Assembly (NCBI RefSeq): GCF_006345805.1 | Contig: NW_021827852.1 | Coordinates: 1 to 9,711 of the forward strand | DNA length: 9,711 bases | Direction: 5' to 3' | Source: Octopus sinensis | Lineage: Eukaryota | Part shown: positions 6,855 through 9,711 of the stretch, in pieces | Position numbering within the stretch: position 1 is the first letter of the stretch | How the letters are laid out: each line of letters opens with the position of its first letter | Notes under the pieces: generated by a model | Seen by the model: only the letters and a program-made list of their open reading frames with translations | Databases searched by the model: none | Told to the model about the DNA's origin: nothing | Program-made: the position numbers and the translations under genes

Positions 6855-7454
6855 CAAGTACATTACTATTATTAAATCTTACATTCAGCAACAGAACTTT
6901 GTAGTAAAGATTGTTTGCCAACATAACATGGCAGTCCTGGTGTAGGACGAATGTTGCTGCAATTTAGCCCCAGGAGACATCATCTCCAGCTGGCTATACG
7001 ACACGATCAGTGTCCTTATATTTTTGAACAAGGGAATCTAGCACCCCCACTCAGCTCAAAACAATATCTGTGTATCGCGATTTCTGGGTTATTTCTCTTC
7101 ATCGGCAAAGAATAATTGCTCGGTTAGAGGTGGCGCTGCCAAATTCCCGTTTGGTTCGAAATATATAGTTTTCAAAGTGACAACTAGTCACTGATTTATA
7201 AATTTGAAAATAGCTATTTTTAAATCTCACAACGTGAGATATTCAGCAACAGTACTTTGTAGTAAAGATTGTTTTCCAACATAACATGGCAGTCCTGGTT
7301 TAGGACGAATGATGCTGTGATTTATTCCCTGAAGACATCGTCTCCAGCTGGTTACACGACACAATCTGTGTCCTAATATTTTCGAACAAGAGAATTACAG
7401 CAACATTCGTCCTAAACCAGGACTGCCATGTTATATTGGCAAAAAATCTTTACT
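6855..7454 (-). mobile_element. 600-bp composite family C insertion: partial tandem copies plus inverted 5' end, flanked by 14-bp direct repeat (putative TSD)
   Basis: ACAATTTTCACAGT at 6841-6854 and 7455-7468; ~6866-7037 is repeated at ~7214-7395; 7257-7322 and 7393-7458 are 66-bp inverted repeats with 5 mismatches. Confidence 0.7.
7067..7111 (-). ncRNA. Variant/degenerate minimal hammerhead (CCGAUGA core, CGCG tetraloop)
   Basis: Minus strand: UCUUUG-CCGAUGA(7105-7099)-AGAGAAAUAACCCA-GAAAU-CGCG-AUA(7075-7073)-CACAGA. Stem I 5 of 6 pairs; helix III U-A pair with palindromic loop; U4 is C; stem II not paired as written. Confidence 0.45.
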
Positions 7455-7835
7455 ACAATTTTCACAGTATTATATATTCCCATTTCAGGGTTATATTACT
7501 TTCGGAATATTTTCCCATCATGCTCCGTTTTGGTTATTTATGAAGGTACCCCCAAAACACCACGTATCTCAGGAATCCGTGATCCGTTTTACGCGTAACA
7601 TGTTTTATTTCGTTTGCATTCACATTTCAGCGGTGCAGTGCATTACTTTCGGAGGATATTCTCATTACGAGCCGGTTTGGCTGTATTAAATTACAAACAA
7701 ACACATATGCAAGCAAGCAAGCAATCACAGAGTTTTAGTAGTATATAGATAGGTAACATAATGATTGCTTATGCCTAAACACGCCATGACTTTACAGTAT
7801 TTTTTACGAACTCGATGGTTTACTGGCACAGATCA

Positions 7836-8050
7836 GTCAATCGTGTTGACTGCATAAAGCTACAACTCTTATAATATACGTCTAGAGATGCCTCTCTTGG
7901 GTGTTACACATTGATAATGCTTAAGGAGCTAGAAACACCGATCTATGGGAAACCGACAGAAGGGCGACACTCGACAGATATGATGTTTTTACACCTTTTT
8001 ATCGTAAGAGAAAAATTATGTCTACGGTAAGTGCAGTGAATTTGCCTTTA
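7836..8050 (+). pseudogene. Decayed kringle-like coding remnant, copy 2
   Basis: VNRVDCI (7836-7856), RCLSW (7886-7900), LKELE, KGDTRQI*CFYT (TGA at 7981-7983 where copy 1 has TGG), YGKCSEFA; nucleotide similarity to 6308-6550 continues to ~8080. Confidence 0.45.
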
Positions 8051-8107
8051 AGCAGTTTAAATATGTCAGAAACATATTTTGAAAAAAGCTAAGGTTAGAA
8101 AAACGGT

Positions 8108-9655
8108 GTTAGAGAGACAGACAGATAGACAGAGAAATAAATATATAGATAAATAGATAAATAGATATATAGACAGACAGATAAATAGATATGATGCAGA
8201 TAGAGACATAAATATATATACGCGCTATACACATGCTGTATACATACACACATACATATTTAAATGTATACATATATATATATATATATACAGATATATA
8301 AATACATATATACATATAATTATATATATATATACATATATATGTGTGTGTGTCTGTGTATGTACAGATATATATGTATGTATATATATCATTTATATGT
8401 ACTAATATTCGCCATAGCCATTGGGAGATAGACATCTATATGTGCTTGTACATGTGTGTGTGTGTGTCCTTGCATGTGAACGCTCAGGAATCTGTGTATC
8501 CTCTACATGCTGATATACATTATACATACATGTATATATATGTATATACATATAAGCATGTCCATATCTATATATACATGCATACATAGACACAGATACA
8601 ACTAAAAAATAATATACTCATTAAATATATATATATATACACAGATATTCGTGTACATTCCCGCGTACATGTAAGCATACAGACACACAGATATATATCT
8701 ACTGCTCCATACACACACGCATGCGCATACACAACCTGACCCCCGGCCCCCACCTATACACCCCCGTTTTATACAATCCTCTCTTCCGATGAAATGATCT
8801 CCAAAACCTTTTCTTCAGATCTTAAACATTATTTATTCTCATCTGCATTTCTTACACACAAACACACACACACACACCACACACATACACACACGTACAT
8901 ACACACACACGTACATACACACACGTAAAAACATATAAACAGAATGAGAAGAGCCAGTGAACATACGTGTACACAGATACACACACACGAAATAAATACA
9001 CATAAACATACACACACGAAAAAGCACAGATATATATACACACACACAAAGACACACACACACATACACACGCAAAAGCACAATGAGAAGTCTCAAAACA
9101 CACACACACATACAAATGGATACATAATCATCACATACACACACATACACACACACACCTAAGCGCACCCATATTTACACACACATATACATATACATAT
9201 TTAGACACAAACGCACAAACCCAATGTGAAATCTCAGTGAACATACGTGCACACACACGCACACACACACAAAATCACATTGAAAAGTCCGAGCACACAC
9301 GTACACACACATACACACATATATGTATACTCATATAAACAGATAATTAATCCTCACATACACACACACCTAAGCATAACAGCATTTATATACATTTTAA
9401 CACATACACACACTTGCATCTGAAATAGAATTAATTATACGCACACATTAAACATGTACATAAAACATGCATATATACATACACGCCAGAACGCACATAC
9501 CATTACAAATACGTACACACCTACACACACTAACCAAAACCACAATAACCCCTGTATATATATATACATATATAATATATATATATATATATTTATAGAG
9601 AGAGAGGGAGAGAGAGAGAGAGAGAGACACACACACATATATATATACATATATA

Positions 9656-9704
<49 letters not shown>

Positions 9705-9711
9705 TATAATA
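8108..9711. repeat. Long compound microsatellite/low-complexity field (AGAC/AGAT, TA, TG, CA, GA)
   Basis: Seen directly; (GA)n ~9597-9627 and (TA)n to the window end; short unique islands at ~8400-8520 and ~8700-8850. Confidence 0.9.

Noticed and set aside
7122-7140. CTCF-like motif GGTTAGAGGTGGCGCTG
   Set aside because: Only a loose match, degraded in the 6171 copy, with no binding evidence.
7329-7335. CTGAAGA on the plus strand
   Set aside because: The paralogous copy reads CAGGAGA; it is one arm of the GGAGAC-ATC-GTCTCC hairpin and no GAAA-helix III follows.
6496-8031. GGTAAG splice donors at 6496 and 8026
   Set aside because: The same bases translate as GK(C/S) in the kringle-like frame and similarity continues downstream; cannot be resolved without transcripts.
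8069-8080. GAAAC-ATAT-TTT resembling helix III
   Set aside because: Lacks the pairing G and any upstream CUGANGA.
8812-8818. CTGAAGA on the minus strand
   Set aside because: No GAAAN...NUH element or stems nearby.

Overview
Gene-poor, microsatellite-rich, repeat-dense animal DNA, most likely octopus/cephalopod (inferred from recalled SINE motifs and TA/TG microsatellite density; no database search was run). No intact protein-coding gene is supported. The window holds several tRNA-derived SINEs (one nested inside another), the decayed 3' end of a restriction-like-endonuclease (R4/Dong-like) LINE, two decayed kringle-like coding remnants, and long microsatellite tracts. The main signal is a cluster of short, mutually unrelated, non-coding elements carrying minimal type I hammerhead ribozyme motifs. 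One has an intact core and all three stems (117-200, +). One has an intact core with a decayed stem II (2055-2138, -). Three are degenerate or variant (1930-1968 +, 3061-3128 +, 7067-7111 -, the last with a truncated copy at 6171-6209). Their helix III sequences are self-complementary and different (AUAU, GAUC, CGCG, loop-less ACGU). Three host elements have a 5' end that is an inverted copy of their own 3' region, two show partial tandem (pseudo-LTR-like) duplication, one is flanked by a 14-bp direct repeat, and most abut (TA)n. This fits non-autonomous Penelope-like/retrozyme-type retroelements. Folds were assigned by eye and cleavage activity is untested.
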